Source: Chthoniobacteraceae bacterium (lineage in GTDB: Bacteria; Verrucomicrobiota; Verrucomicrobiia; Chthoniobacterales; Chthoniobacteraceae). From it: a DNA stretch of 64,000 bases. The notes under the pieces were generated by a model. The model was not told the DNA's origin, ran no database searches, and was given only the letters and a program-made list of their open reading frames with translations. The stretch spans positions 1-64,000 of the forward strand of contig JANNXQ010000195.1 of assembly GCA_031409655.1 (NCBI GenBank). The letters are read 5' to 3'. Positions within the stretch are counted from its first letter, which is position 1; the number at the start of each line of letters is the position of its first letter. Positions 19,114 through 30,855 of the stretch are shown one piece after another. The position numbers and the translations under genes are program-made.

Positions 19114-19144
19114 ACCCGACCTGGCCGAATTGGCGGAGGGGGGC

Positions 19145-20875
19145 TCAGTGAATCGCCGGTTCGGGCATCGGGGAGCCGGCGTGCAGGAAGCGGAAGTCGC
19201 AGCCTTCGTCGGCCTGGGTCACTTCATTCAGAAAGAGGGAAAGGTAGCCGCGCACGGCGTGGGGTGGGCGGGCTTTCCACTCGGCGCGGCGGATGGCGAG
19301 TTCGGCTTCGGGGACTTCCAGGGTGAGGGTGCGGGCTTCGATGTCGAGGGAGATGAGGTCGCCGTCGCGGACGAGGGCGAGCGGGCCGCCGATGGCACTC
19401 TCGGGGGCGACGTGCAGGACGCAGGCGCCGTAGCTGGTGCCGCTCATGCGGGCGTCGGTGATGCGGAGCATGTCGCGCACGCCGGTTTCGAGCAGCTTTT
19501 TGGGGATCGGGAGCATGCCCCACTCGGGCATGCCGGGAGCGCCGATGGGGCCGGCGCTTTGGAGCACGAGGACGCTGTCGGCGGTGACGGGCAGCGTGGG
19601 ATCATCGATGCGGGCGGCGAGATCGTCGTAGTCGCGGAAGACGACAGCCGGGCCGGTGTGCTTGAGGAAGCGCTCTTCCATGGCCGCGTGTTTGATCACC
19701 GCACCGCGGGGACAAAGGTTGCCGTGGAGGATGGCAGTGCCGCCTTCTTCGGACAGGGCGGTGGCGGGGGTGCGGATGACTTCGCGGTTGAAGATTTCGG
19801 CGCCGGAAAGATTCTCGCGCAGGGTGCGACCGTTCACGGTCATCTCGTCGCTGGCGAGGGAATCGAGGAGTTGCGCGAGCAGCGCGCGCAGGCCGCCAGC
19901 GAAATAGAAATCCTCCATCAGAAAACGTCCCGCTGGACGCAGATCCGCGAGGCGCGGGGTGCGGCGGGAGATTTCGTCAAACTTCGCGAGCGGCAGCTTG
20001 AAGCCCGCGCGCCCGGCCATCGCGACGAGATGCACGATGGCATTTGTCGAACCGCCGACGGCCATCTCCGCGACGATGGCGTTTTCAAACGACGCCATGG
20101 TGAGGAAGCGCGAGGGCCGCAGATCCTGCCACACATTCTCCACGATCTGCCGTCCGCTCTGCGCGGCCATGCGCCAGTGCTCGGCGTCACTCGCGGGGAT
20201 GCTCGACGCGCCGGGCAGGGTGAGCCCGAGCGTCTCGGCGATCGCGGTCATCGTCGAGGCCGTGCCCATGGTCATGCAGTGTCCGTGCGAGCGCGCGATG
20301 CCCGCCTCGATCTCCTGCCACTGCTCTTCGCTGATGTTGCCCGCGCGTTTCTCCGCCCAGTACTTCCAGGCATCCGAGCCCGAGCCGAGCGTCTGCCCAT
20401 GCCAGTTTCCCCGGAGCATCGGCCCGCCAGGCACGAAGATGAAGGGCAGCGCCGCGGAGAGCGCGCCCATGATCAGCGCGGGGGTGGTTTTATCGCACGC
20501 GCCGAGCAGCACGGCGCCATCGCACGGATGGCAGCGCAGGACCTCCTCCGCCTCCATGGCGAGGAGATTGCGATAGAGCATCGTCGTCGGCTTCATGAAA
20601 TTTTCGCTCAACGAAAGCACCGGAATCTCGACCGGCATCCCGCCCGCCTGGAGCACGCCCTTCTTCACATTTTCCGCGAGCACCTTGAAATGCAGGTGAC
20701 AGGGATTGATCTCCGACCAGGTATTGAGGATCGCGATGACCGGCTTGCCTTCCCAGTCTTCGGGCCCCAGCCCCATCTGCCGCGCGCGCGAGCGATGGCC
20801 GAAGCTGCGCAGATCATTCGGGCCGAACCAGCGATAGGAGCGGAGTTCGGTGGGAGTGAGACGGGTGGGGATCAT
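19145..20875 (-). CDS. IlvD/Edd-family sugar-acid dehydratase (L-arabinonate dehydratase-like)
   Basis: INPCHLH, GACDKTTP, HCMTMGTAS, GGSTNA, GMPEWG, TDARMSGT. Confidence 0.93.
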   Translation of the reverse strand: MIPTRLTPTELRSYRWFGPNDLRSFGHRSRARQMGLGPEDWEGKPVIAILNTWSEINPCHLHFKVLAENVKKGVLQAGGMPVEIPVLSLSENFMKPTTMLYRNLLAMEAEEVLRCHPCDGAVLLGACDKTTPALIMGALSAALPFIFVPGGPMLRGNWHGQTLGSGSDAWKYWAEKRAGNISEEQWQEIEAGIARSHGHCMTMGTASTMTAIAETLGLTLPGASSIPASDAEHWRMAAQSGRQIVENVWQDLRPSRFLTMASFENAIVAEMAVGGSTNAIVHLVAMAGRAGFKLPLAKFDEISRRTPRLADLRPAGRFLMEDFYFAGGLRALLAQLLDSLASDEMTVNGRTLRENLSGAEIFNREVIRTPATALSEEGGTAILHGNLCPRGAVIKHAAMEERFLKHTGPAVVFRDYDDLAARIDDPTLPVTADSVLVLQSAGPIGAPGMPEWGMLPIPKKLLETGVRDMLRITDARMSGTSYGACVLHVAPESAIGGPLALVRDGDLISLDIEARTLTLEVPEAELAIRRAEWKARPPHAVRGYLSLFLNEVTQADEGCDFRFLHAGSPMPEPAIH

Positions 20876-21011
20876 AGGAGCCGAGGGCGAAAAAACGAGG
20901 CGGCAGACTAGGGGCGTGTGAAAGAGGAGTGAAAGGGGAAAGTCGGCGCTGGCGGAGGGAGCGCGGCGGGACGCGGGATTGCATGGCGGTCGCGACCTCG
21001 ACGGGCCGGGG

Positions 21012-21103
21012 AAAACGCAAAACTTCAAACGCCAAAGGTCGGAGTTTCGGGGCCTGATGGTCCGTTTGGAGTTTGGCGTTTGAAGTTTGAAGTTCGGCGT
21101 TTT
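21012..21103. repeat. 7-nt periodic inverted repeat (CAAACGC / GCGTTTG family)
   Basis: aaaacgc-aaaactt-caaacgc-caaa ... gtttggc-gtttgaa-gtttgaa-gttcggc-gtttt. Confidence 0.8.
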
Positions 21104-21204
21104 CCGCTGCGCCACACGCGATCGAACGCCGCTCGCCCTACCCTTCAAGGTTTCCGCCTTGCGTGCGTGCGAGCCCCCTCCTTTAGTCGGGCCTTCTTCG
21201 TCCC

Positions 21205-21789
21205 ATGAAATACCGCACTTATCTCCTCATCGGCGCGCCGGGCAGCGGCAAAGGCACGCAGGGAAAAATCCTCGGAACGGTCCCGCGCTTTTTCCACTGC
21301 GCCTGCGGCGATGTCTTCCGTTCGCTGGATACGCGGACGCCAGTCGGTCAGGCTTTCCTCGAATTTTCCAGCCGCGGAGAACTCGTGCCCGATGAGATCA
21401 CGGTGAAGCTCTGGATGGCGCGGATCGGGGACACCGTGGGCGCGCACACTTTCAAACCGGACATCGATTCGCTGGTCCTCGACGGCATCCCGCGCAATGT
21501 GCCGCAGGCCGAGATCATGCGGGACGTGATCGTCGTGAAAAAGGTCTTCCATCTATCCTGCCCGGATCGCTCAGCGCTGATCTCGCGCTTGAAAAAGCGG
21601 GCGCTGAAGGAGAACCGTTTCGACGACGCAAATGAGGAAACCATCCGCCGCCGCCTCGCGACCTACGATGAGGAATCCAAGCCGGTGCTGGAATTCTACG
21701 GGCCGGAGATGGTGAAGACGATCGACGCGACGCAGACGCCGGTGAGGGTGCTCACGGAGATCCTCCAGTCCATCAATGCGGATGAGTGA
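21205..21789 (+). CDS. adk: Adenylate kinase family (short LID)
   Basis: GAPGSGKGTQ, GDVFR, GELVPDE, LDGIPRN, RFDDANEETIRRRL. Confidence 0.88.
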   Translation: MKYRTYLLIGAPGSGKGTQGKILGTVPRFFHCACGDVFRSLDTRTPVGQAFLEFSSRGELVPDEITVKLWMARIGDTVGAHTFKPDIDSLVLDGIPRNVPQAEIMRDVIVVKKVFHLSCPDRSALISRLKKRALKENRFDDANEETIRRRLATYDEESKPVLEFYGPEMVKTIDATQTPVRVLTEILQSINADE

Positions 21790-21819
21790 ACGGGGGGGCG
21801 GGTTTCGGATTTTCCCCTG

Positions 21820-22761
21820 ATGTTTCGCGCGATCTTCATGGGCACGGGCGAGATCGGCCTGCCCGCGTTCCGCTGGCTGCTCGGCGCGAGCGACGTCGTG
21901 GCCGTGGTGACCCAGCCGGATAAGCCAGTGGGCCGCCGGCAGGAGTTGCAGGCTTCGGCGATCAAGCAACTCGCGATCGAACGCGGCGTGCCCGTTTTGC
22001 AACCCGTGAAGATGCGCGCTCCCGAAGCCGTCGCGGAACTCGTGGCGCTGCGTGCGGACATGATCGTGGTGATGGCTTACGGCCAGATTTTACCCCGCCC
22101 GGTGCTCGCTGCGGCGCGCATCGCCTGCCTGAATTTGCACGCGTCGCTGCTCCCGCGCTGGCGCGGTGCGGCGCCGATCCAGGCGGCGATCGAAGCTGGC
22201 GATGCGGTGAGCGGGATCACCGTCATGCACATGGCGGAAGGGCTCGATACCGGCGACATGGTCCTCGCGAAAGTGACAAAGCTGCGCCGTCGGGAGACCG
22301 GTGGTTCCTTGCACGATCGCCTCGCCGGACTCGCCGCCGAAGCGCTTGCGGCAGCGTGGACGATGATCGTCGCGGGAAATGCGCCGCGCCTTCCGCAGGA
22401 GGAAAGGCTCGCCACGCACGCCGGAAAACTTTCGCGCGAACATGGCGAGATCGACTGGCGCGCGCCGCAGGTGACGATCGATCGACGCATCCGCGCGATG
22501 AATCCGTGGCCCGCCGCGCACACCTGGCTGCCGACTCCGGAAGGGCCGCGCAAGCTGAAAGTCTTCTCGTGCATCCAGCATCGGCGCGAGAGCGGGGCGC
22601 CGGGAGTGGTGCTGGCGGCGGACCGGCGCGGGTTGCTCGTCGCGGCTGGGGAGGGCGCGATTTTGCTGCGCGACATCCAGCTCGAAGGCAAGCGGCGGAT
22701 GCCGACGCGGGACTTCCTGCTCGGCCATCCTGTGACGCCGGGGACGTTGCTCGGCAAATGA
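21820..22761 (+). CDS. fmt: Methionyl-tRNA formyltransferase
   Basis: IFMGT, VVTQPDKPVGR, AYGQIL, NLHASLLPRWRGAAPIQ, GLDTGD. Confidence 0.96.
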   Translation: MFRAIFMGTGEIGLPAFRWLLGASDVVAVVTQPDKPVGRRQELQASAIKQLAIERGVPVLQPVKMRAPEAVAELVALRADMIVVMAYGQILPRPVLAAARIACLNLHASLLPRWRGAAPIQAAIEAGDAVSGITVMHMAEGLDTGDMVLAKVTKLRRRETGGSLHDRLAGLAAEALAAAWTMIVAGNAPRLPQEERLATHAGKLSREHGEIDWRAPQVTIDRRIRAMNPWPAAHTWLPTPEGPRKLKVFSCIQHRRESGAPGVVLAADRRGLLVAAGEGAILLRDIQLEGKRRMPTRDFLLGHPVTPGTLLGK

Positions 22762-23366
22762 GCCGCGTGCAGGCCACTCTCGACCGGCATGTCGCGGAGA
22801 TCCGCGCCTGCACCCGGTGTCCGAAGATGCATCGCCCCGCCGTGTCTGGCGGCGCCGTGGTGAGCCGCGTGATCTCGGTCGGTCAGGCTCCTGGGGTCAA
22901 GGAGCCGGTGCTCGGGCGTCCCTTTGCGTGGACGGCGGGGAAGACGCTCTTCGGCTGGTTTCAGCGGGCGTGCGGGATGACCGAAGCGGAGTTTCGGGCG
23001 ACGATCTACATGGCCGCGGTCTGTCGCTGTTTCCCTGGGAAGACGAAGGTCGGTGGAGATCGCGTGCCGGACCCGACCGAGATCGCGACGTGCCGCGGCT
23101 GGCTCGATGCGGAGATCGCCCTGCTGCGTCCCGCACTGGTGCTCCCGATTGGCAAACTCGCGATCCAACAATTTCTCCCCGCCGACAAACTCACGGAGAT
23201 CATCGGGAAAAAATTCACCGCCAAGGCCGGACGCCACACCTTCGACATCGTGCCGCTGCCGCATCCGTCCGGGGCGTCACCATGGCACCGCATGGAACCC
23301 GGACTCACGCTGCTCGACGAGGCGCTGAAACTCATTGTGCGCCACCCCGCATGGCCGGTTCGATGA
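22758..23366 (+). CDS. Uracil-DNA glycosylase superfamily protein (Fe-S type Cys pattern)
   Basis: CTRC, GQAPG, CRCFPG, LPHPSGAS; ATG overlaps the fmt stop. Confidence 0.88.
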   Translation: MSRVQATLDRHVAEIRACTRCPKMHRPAVSGGAVVSRVISVGQAPGVKEPVLGRPFAWTAGKTLFGWFQRACGMTEAEFRATIYMAAVCRCFPGKTKVGGDRVPDPTEIATCRGWLDAEIALLRPALVLPIGKLAIQQFLPADKLTEIIGKKFTAKAGRHTFDIVPLPHPSGASPWHRMEPGLTLLDEALKLIVRHPAWPVR

Positions 23367-24349
23367 AGCTCGCGCGGCATCGGCAAGCGGTGCTTTGGCT
23401 CATCCTCGCGACGGCGTGGTGGGGCTTCAGTTTTCCGCTCACCAAGGCGCTCTACGCCGGCCAGCGCGCGATCGAACCGGCGTCGAGTTCCTGGTTTCTT
23501 GCCGCCTCCGGTCACGCGGCGCGGTGCGCGCTCGGAGGGTTGCTGCTGCTGCCTTTCGTGCTCCACGCCGGTCGCATCCGGCGGAGTGAATGGCGCCAGG
23601 GCGCGGCGCTCGGACTCGCGGCTTCGGGCGGACTTTTTTTCCAGGCCGACGGCCTCGATCACACCCTGGCTTCGACGAGCGCCTTCCTCACGCAATTCTG
23701 CTGCGTGCTCGTCCCGCTCTGGCTCGGGCTGGCGCATCGACGAAAGCTCGGTCTGCAGGCCGCAGGCTGCGTGGCGCTGGTTCTCGTCGGCTCGGCGGTG
23801 CTGGCGGAGTTCGATCCGCGCGCTCTTCGACTCGGGCGGGGCGAAGCGGAGACGCTTTTTGCGACCGCCTTTTTCACCTGGCAGATCCTGCTCCTGGATC
23901 GCGCGGACTATTCCGAAAATCGCGCCGCCGCCTCGACCCTGATCATGTTTGCCGTCGTTGCCGTGGTGCTCGGCAGCGTCGCCCTTTTCGCGGCACCCTC
24001 ACCCGCGGCGATGTGGACGGTCTGGCAGCGTCCGGGAAATGTCGCCCTGCTCGTCGCCGAGACGCTCTTCTGTTCGCTCTTTGCCTTTCTGCTCATGAAC
24101 TACTGGCAGCGCCACGTCACCGCGACGGAGGCCGGCATCATCTACTGCTTCGAACCCGTCTTCGCCTCGGTGTGCGCGCTCATCCTGCCGGGCTGGCTGA
24201 GCGGACTGATGGCCACGGAATACGGGAATGAAAAGCTCACCTGGCGGCTGCTCGTCGGCGGAGGTTTGATCTTGCTCGCCAATGTGGCGCTGCAACTCGG
24301 CGCCAAAAAAACGTCGCCGGATCAGGACACCGCCTGGCGCCAGCAGTAG
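23363..24349 (+). CDS. EamA/DMT transporter
   Basis: About 10 TM helices; WGFSF, SAFLT, AGIIYCFEPVFA. Confidence 0.9.
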   Translation: MKLARHRQAVLWLILATAWWGFSFPLTKALYAGQRAIEPASSSWFLAASGHAARCALGGLLLLPFVLHAGRIRRSEWRQGAALGLAASGGLFFQADGLDHTLASTSAFLTQFCCVLVPLWLGLAHRRKLGLQAAGCVALVLVGSAVLAEFDPRALRLGRGEAETLFATAFFTWQILLLDRADYSENRAAASTLIMFAVVAVVLGSVALFAAPSPAAMWTVWQRPGNVALLVAETLFCSLFAFLLMNYWQRHVTATEAGIIYCFEPVFASVCALILPGWLSGLMATEYGNEKLTWRLLVGGGLILLANVALQLGAKKTSPDQDTAWRQQ

Positions 24350-24858
24350 TCGAGCAGGCCGTGGAATTCCACGCGGAGCAGCGCCACGCACTCCGCACGG
24401 CTTTCCTCCGCACCGTGCGCGGCCTGCTCGCATTCGCCGGTGAGCACATACGGATCCCAGGTGCTTTGCCTGGCCATGAGTGGGGAAACGTGGGCGGATT
24501 CCCCGTGCAGGCTGCCGGCGATGGGAAGCTCTCCCGTGCGGCGAAACCAGTAGCGGGCATTGTCAAAGTCACCCTCGCGGCGGTGCATCATGCCGTGCCA
24601 GTAGGAACCGAGGTCGGTGTGATCTTCCTGAAAGATGCGGTGGCCCTGGTCGAGCGCATCGACGGCGTAGTAGAGCCCGCCGCGGACGAGGGCCAGACGG
24701 TCCGCGGCCACGATCTTCCGGCCGCCGGAAAGTGCCGCATCGTCGGCCTCGCGGATGCGCTGCACGAGATCGTAGCCGAGCGGCGCCTTGGGCAGGAGCG
24801 TCGTGAGCAGGTCGTCGCGGAAGAGCAGGCGGTCGATGAAATCGGAGTAGCTTTTCAC
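24322..24858 (-). CDS. Conserved hypothetical helical protein (YWHGxxHRREGDFDNARYWF motif)
   Basis: Widespread uncharacterised motif; GTG start; 28-nt convergent overlap with the EamA gene. Confidence 0.75.
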   Translation of the reverse strand: MKSYSDFIDRLLFRDDLLTTLLPKAPLGYDLVQRIREADDAALSGGRKIVAADRLALVRGGLYYAVDALDQGHRIFQEDHTDLGSYWHGMMHRREGDFDNARYWFRRTGELPIAGSLHGESAHVSPLMARQSTWDPYVLTGECEQAAHGAEESRAECVALLRVEFHGLLDYCWRQAVS

Positions 24859-24943
24859 GCGGCGAACGCTGCCGGGACGAGACCGCAGCGCCAAGAAAAT
24901 TGACCGCCAGTGGCAAGCTGGATGCTCAGCAGGGGAGGTTGCC

Positions 24944-26095
24944 ATGAATGCCAAAGCCCTCAGTTTCCTCGTCGTCCCTGCAGCCATCGTCGGCGGATAC
25001 GCCCTCTGGCCGAAGCACGCTCCGGTAGCGCCCGCCGCGCCAGTTGCCCCGCCCACTGAGCGGGCGGTGACCGAAGCCGCGCCCGCGAACCATGGGCAGC
25101 CATCGGCGGAAGTTTACGAACTCATGGACGCGATCGCCGCGAACAAGGTGAAGGTCGAGTGCAAGGGGAACGGACGCGACCGGCTCTGGTTGACGATCGC
25201 CAACCAGACCAGCACGCAGATCGCGCTGAAATTTCCCGTCGGACAGATGTTTGAAAGCGAGCGCAATGCCGTGGTGGTGGTGCGGGCGGAAGGCAAGGAA
25301 CTCGCGGCGCGCGGCGCGCTCGAGGTGAGCCTCCAGACCGCCGCGACACGCTCGCTGAACAAAGTGGCCGAGGTCGTCTATCGCCCGACCTACAACGACG
25401 TCCCGAAGATCGAACTCTTCCTCACCTACGTGCAGGATCACCTCGAGCTTTCGCCCGGCGCAATCCAGACCGCGATCCTTGCTCTCGCGGAAAATCTCCC
25501 CGTGAGCGCCCTTGCGAAATTCACGCCGACGGGGGGCGCCATCCCGAGCCGCTTTAATACCGATGCTTTTCGGGTCGAGACTTTCGACCTCATCCAGGCG
25601 CTCGCCGCGCTCCGCGAGATCGGGGTGAAAGATCGCGACCTCGCGTTGACCATCGATCCGCAGCTCAAGATCGAAGCCATGATCGAGCCGCTCTGCCGCG
25701 CCGCCGCGATGCGCTACTACGGCATCGCCGCCGAGACGGAGTGGGAGTACTGGCGTGCGGAATTGCTGGAAGGCGACCCGAGCACGCGGCACTACGCACT
25801 CTTCGGCATCGCCCGCTTTTATCCCGAGATCGCGCTGGAAATGCTCCCGCGCTGGGTGCGGGAAAAGAAGACGAACCCGGCCTATCGCCTCGCGGCGATT
25901 CAGGCGCTCGCCGATACCCAGCGGACGGAAGCACTCACCATGCTGGAGTCGCTCGTCGATGAACTCGGCGCGGACACCGATCTCGGCAAAGCCGCAGCGG
26001 CGGCCGCGAAGTATCTCGATTCGCATCTCGCGAAGGTCGCGGCGATCCGCACGAAGGTGGTCTTCCGCTCGGCGAGCGGGCCCGCCGGATTTTAA
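24944..26095 (+). CDS. Membrane-anchored hypothetical protein with C-terminal HEAT-like repeats
   Basis: N-terminal TM, Ig-like middle, TRHYALFGIA and YRLAAIQALA repeats. Confidence 0.72.
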   Translation: MNAKALSFLVVPAAIVGGYALWPKHAPVAPAAPVAPPTERAVTEAAPANHGQPSAEVYELMDAIAANKVKVECKGNGRDRLWLTIANQTSTQIALKFPVGQMFESERNAVVVVRAEGKELAARGALEVSLQTAATRSLNKVAEVVYRPTYNDVPKIELFLTYVQDHLELSPGAIQTAILALAENLPVSALAKFTPTGGAIPSRFNTDAFRVETFDLIQALAALREIGVKDRDLALTIDPQLKIEAMIEPLCRAAAMRYYGIAAETEWEYWRAELLEGDPSTRHYALFGIARFYPEIALEMLPRWVREKKTNPAYRLAAIQALADTQRTEALTMLESLVDELGADTDLGKAAAAAAKYLDSHLAKVAAIRTKVVFRSASGPAGF

Positions 26096-26109
26096 GGGGA
26101 CGGTGTCAG

Positions 26110-26171
26110 CAAGGAGTTGGGGCGCCCTCGCCCCAAGTAGCGACTCGGGGCGAGGGCGCCCCTGCTCCTTG
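26110..26171. repeat. Long GC-rich hairpin (REP-like element or terminator)
   Basis: caaggag-ttggggcgccctcgcccc-aagt-agcg-act-cggggcgagggcgcccc-tg-ctccttg. Confidence 0.75.
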
Positions 26172-26223
26172 GTTTGCACTCTTAGAGTTGTTCTCGGGCT
26201 CAAGCGTTGGATAGGTTCGCGCT

Positions 26224-27084
26224 ATGTTGCGCGATTCTTCATGGCTTGCCCCCCGCATCGATCTCCGGCGTTTTTTCGCCGCGCTTGTCGCGATCAGCAT
26301 TGGGATTTTCACCACGCCATCCAGGGCGGCGGATACGGAGTACAAGCGCATCCGCATCGAGGCTTGGGAAAAGGCGGTCACCGCGCGCCTGCCGCTGACG
26401 GACGTGAGTGGCGCCGCGCGGGTGAAACGCATAGAGAGCGCCGGCGTCGGCGTCCCGGTCGCGCCGACCAAGACGCAGCTCGATGAGACCGCCTTCCTCG
26501 AATGGCAGATCAGCTACGACACCCCGAGTTTGCAGCATGAGTCGGCGGTTCCGGGTATCCGCTTCGAGCGCGATGGCCGCACGAAATACGGCTGCGAACT
26601 TTCCAAGCTCCTCGCTGAATCGCGCCGCCTCGGATTGGTGAGCGAAGCGCAGCTCCGGGCCTTGCGGAAAGAATTGGACACGCTGCGCGAGCACACGCTG
26701 GAGGAGAAGGAAAAGCTCGCGGTGGCTCCTGATAGCGAGGCCGCGGCGACGGACTTGCCGGAAGGTTTCGCGCGCTTCGTCGAGAAGGTGCCCGTCTTTC
26801 AAAAAATCACGCCGGACGGACGCATCGAGATCCGGCTCAAGCAAAAGCAGCGCGCCGTGGGCTATCAGGCAATGGTCTATGCGTGCGTGCCGCTGGCCCG
26901 CTGGAGCTTGCCGGATGGCGCGCCGCGCGGTCCCGGCGCTGCGCGCACGAAGGAAACCGTGACCGTGCATTTCACCACGGAGAATGTGGGCTACCTGCTC
27001 GATCTGGTGCGCGCCTTTGGCCTGGCGTCCCGCGAGCACAACGACGATCTCGGCAAGATCCTCGACGCCATCCTCGCCTTGTGA
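26224..27084 (+). CDS. R.PabI-family (HALFPIPE) restriction DNA glycosylase with an N-terminal signal peptide
   Basis: Motifs LPLT, RVKR, GVPVA, LEWQISYD, ELSKLL, EIRLKQKQRAVGYQAMVYACVP and FGLASREHNDD; residues 15-36 RRFFAALVAISIGIFTTPSRAA. Confidence 0.85.
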   Translation: MLRDSSWLAPRIDLRRFFAALVAISIGIFTTPSRAADTEYKRIRIEAWEKAVTARLPLTDVSGAARVKRIESAGVGVPVAPTKTQLDETAFLEWQISYDTPSLQHESAVPGIRFERDGRTKYGCELSKLLAESRRLGLVSEAQLRALRKELDTLREHTLEEKEKLAVAPDSEAAATDLPEGFARFVEKVPVFQKITPDGRIEIRLKQKQRAVGYQAMVYACVPLARWSLPDGAPRGPGAARTKETVTVHFTTENVGYLLDLVRAFGLASREHNDDLGKILDAILAL

Positions 27085-27860
27085 ACGGCGAGATCGTGCC
27101 GGGCGACGCCATCGCCGAATTGCAGAATCTCCCCGACGACTCCGCGCAGCTCGTCTTCGCTGATCCGCCCTATTTCCAGGTGCTCGACGAAACGTGGGAC
27201 CAGCAGTGGACCGATGCCCGCGCCTATCTCGACTGGACGATGCAGTGGCTCGCCGAGGGGATGCGGGTGCTGCGCCGGGACGGCGTGCTCTACTGCTGCG
27301 GCCAGCTCGGCAAGCGCGAGCACACCTTCCTCCACCTGATGAGCGAAGCCACGCGCCGCTGGCAATTTCACGATCTCATCACCTGGGATCGCGTGGTCGG
27401 CTACAATGTGCGGCGCGACAGTTTCACGCCCGCCACCGAACTCCTGCTGGTCTTGCGGAAAAGCGATACGGTGAAATTTCACAAGGACGCCGTCCGTGAG
27501 CCCTACGACGCCGCGACCATCGCCACTTACCTGAAGGACCCGCGCTACAAAGACCGCGAAGCGCGCGCCGAGTATCTGCAGGCGGGAAAATTTGCGACGA
27601 ACCTCTGGCGCATCCCGAGCCTCAAAGGCACCTCCAAGGAGAAGTGCGGCCACCCTTCGCAAAAGCCTCTCGCCTTGCTCGATCGCGTGATCCGCTCCGC
27701 CACCGATCCTGGCGATCTCGTCGTCGATCCTTTCCTCGGCTCCGGCACCACCGCGCTCGCCGCGGAGCGCACTGGACGCCGCTGGTTCGGGATCGAGAGC
27801 GACCCGAAATATTGCGCCATGGCGATCGAGCGCCTGGAGGCGGAAGCAGCGCTGCTCTAG
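27081..27860 (+). CDS. Beta-class N6-adenine (or N4-cytosine) DNA methyltransferase
   Basis: DPPY precedes HPSQKP and DPFLGSGTT; GTG start overlaps the upstream TGA (GTGA). Confidence 0.93.
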   Translation: MNGEIVPGDAIAELQNLPDDSAQLVFADPPYFQVLDETWDQQWTDARAYLDWTMQWLAEGMRVLRRDGVLYCCGQLGKREHTFLHLMSEATRRWQFHDLITWDRVVGYNVRRDSFTPATELLLVLRKSDTVKFHKDAVREPYDAATIATYLKDPRYKDREARAEYLQAGKFATNLWRIPSLKGTSKEKCGHPSQKPLALLDRVIRSATDPGDLVVDPFLGSGTTALAAERTGRRWFGIESDPKYCAMAIERLEAEAALL

Positions 27861-27914
27861 CGGTCGGAGGCGGGTGTTGCCGGGAATTTTGACAACTGCA
27901 TTAGCATCCCGCCA

Positions 27915-30068
<2,154 letters not shown>

Positions 30069-30138
30069 CCGGATTGTCCTTGGAAACCGCTTTCTAGCCG
30101 GAGGCGGGCTGCTACCTTCGGCGGTTTTCCCTCCTGCC

Positions 30139-30855
30139 TTGCCTGCCGTCTCCATCATCGTGCCCTTCTTCAATGAAGCGGAAAGTTGCCGCGCCCTCCT
30201 CGCGGAGGTGCGGACGACGACGGAAGCGCTGGGCCAGGAAGTGGAAGTGATCGCGGTCGATGATGGCAGCGGCGACGCGACGCTGAGCATCTTGCGGGAA
30301 ATCGCGGGGGCGTGGCCTGCGCTGCGGGTGCTGCCGCTCCTCCGCAATAGCGGCCAGGCTGCGGCGCTCTACACGGCGCTGCGCGCGGCCCGGGCGCCGG
30401 TGCTCGTGACCATGGATGGCGATGGGCAAAACGTCCCCGGCGACATTCCGCTGCTCCTCAGCCGACTGAGCGAAGCGGACATGGTCGCGGGGGTGCGGGC
30501 CGCGCGGAACGACTCGTGGCTGCGGCGCTCGATGTCGCGTTTCGCCAATGGCATTCGCGGCCGCTTGCTGCGCGATGGCATGAGCGATAGCGGCTGCGCG
30601 CTGAAGGCGTTTCGGCGCGAAGTGGTGGACGCCTTTCTGCCCATGCGCACGCTTTATTCCTTCATGCCTGCGCTGGCCGTGGCGGCGGGCTTCACCGTGG
30701 TCGAGCAGCCCGTGCAGCATCGCGAACGCAAGGCGGGGGTCTCGAAATACGGACTCCTGGTGATGCTCTGGCGGCCCGCGCTGGACATGCTCGGAGTGTG
30801 GTGGTGGCGGCAGCGGCGTTTCCGTTTGCCCGAAGTGGCTCCGGAAAAATCATGA
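30139..30855 (+). CDS. GT2 polyprenol-phosphate glycosyltransferase (ArnC/DPM-like)
   Basis: SIIVPFFNE, VDDGSGD, MDGDGQN, DSGCALK, HRERKAGVSKY. Confidence 0.9.
   Translation: MPAVSIIVPFFNEAESCRALLAEVRTTTEALGQEVEVIAVDDGSGDATLSILREIAGAWPALRVLPLLRNSGQAAALYTALRAARAPVLVTMDGDGQNVPGDIPLLLSRLSEADMVAGVRAARNDSWLRRSMSRFANGIRGRLLRDGMSDSGCALKAFRREVVDAFLPMRTLYSFMPALAVAAGFTVVEQPVQHRERKAGVSKYGLLVMLWRPALDMLGVWWWRQRRFRLPEVAPEKS

Noticed and set aside
18386..20911. 841-aa plus-strand ORF
   Set aside because: Off-frame overlap of the repeat protein and antisense to the dehydratase; low-complexity Pro/Arg/Gly translation.
20876..21148. Long N-terminal extensions in the ORF track (dehydratase; also 15539-15634, 16930-17199, 41515-41718, 43624-44703)
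   Set aside because: They translate intergenic repeats or antisense sequence; downstream starts match family N-termini or signal peptides.
26224..27084. GTAC avoidance as support for PabI specificity
   Set aside because: GTAC occurs repeatedly in the window (e.g. twice at 4701-4710). I could not compute expected counts, so no claim is made about the target site.
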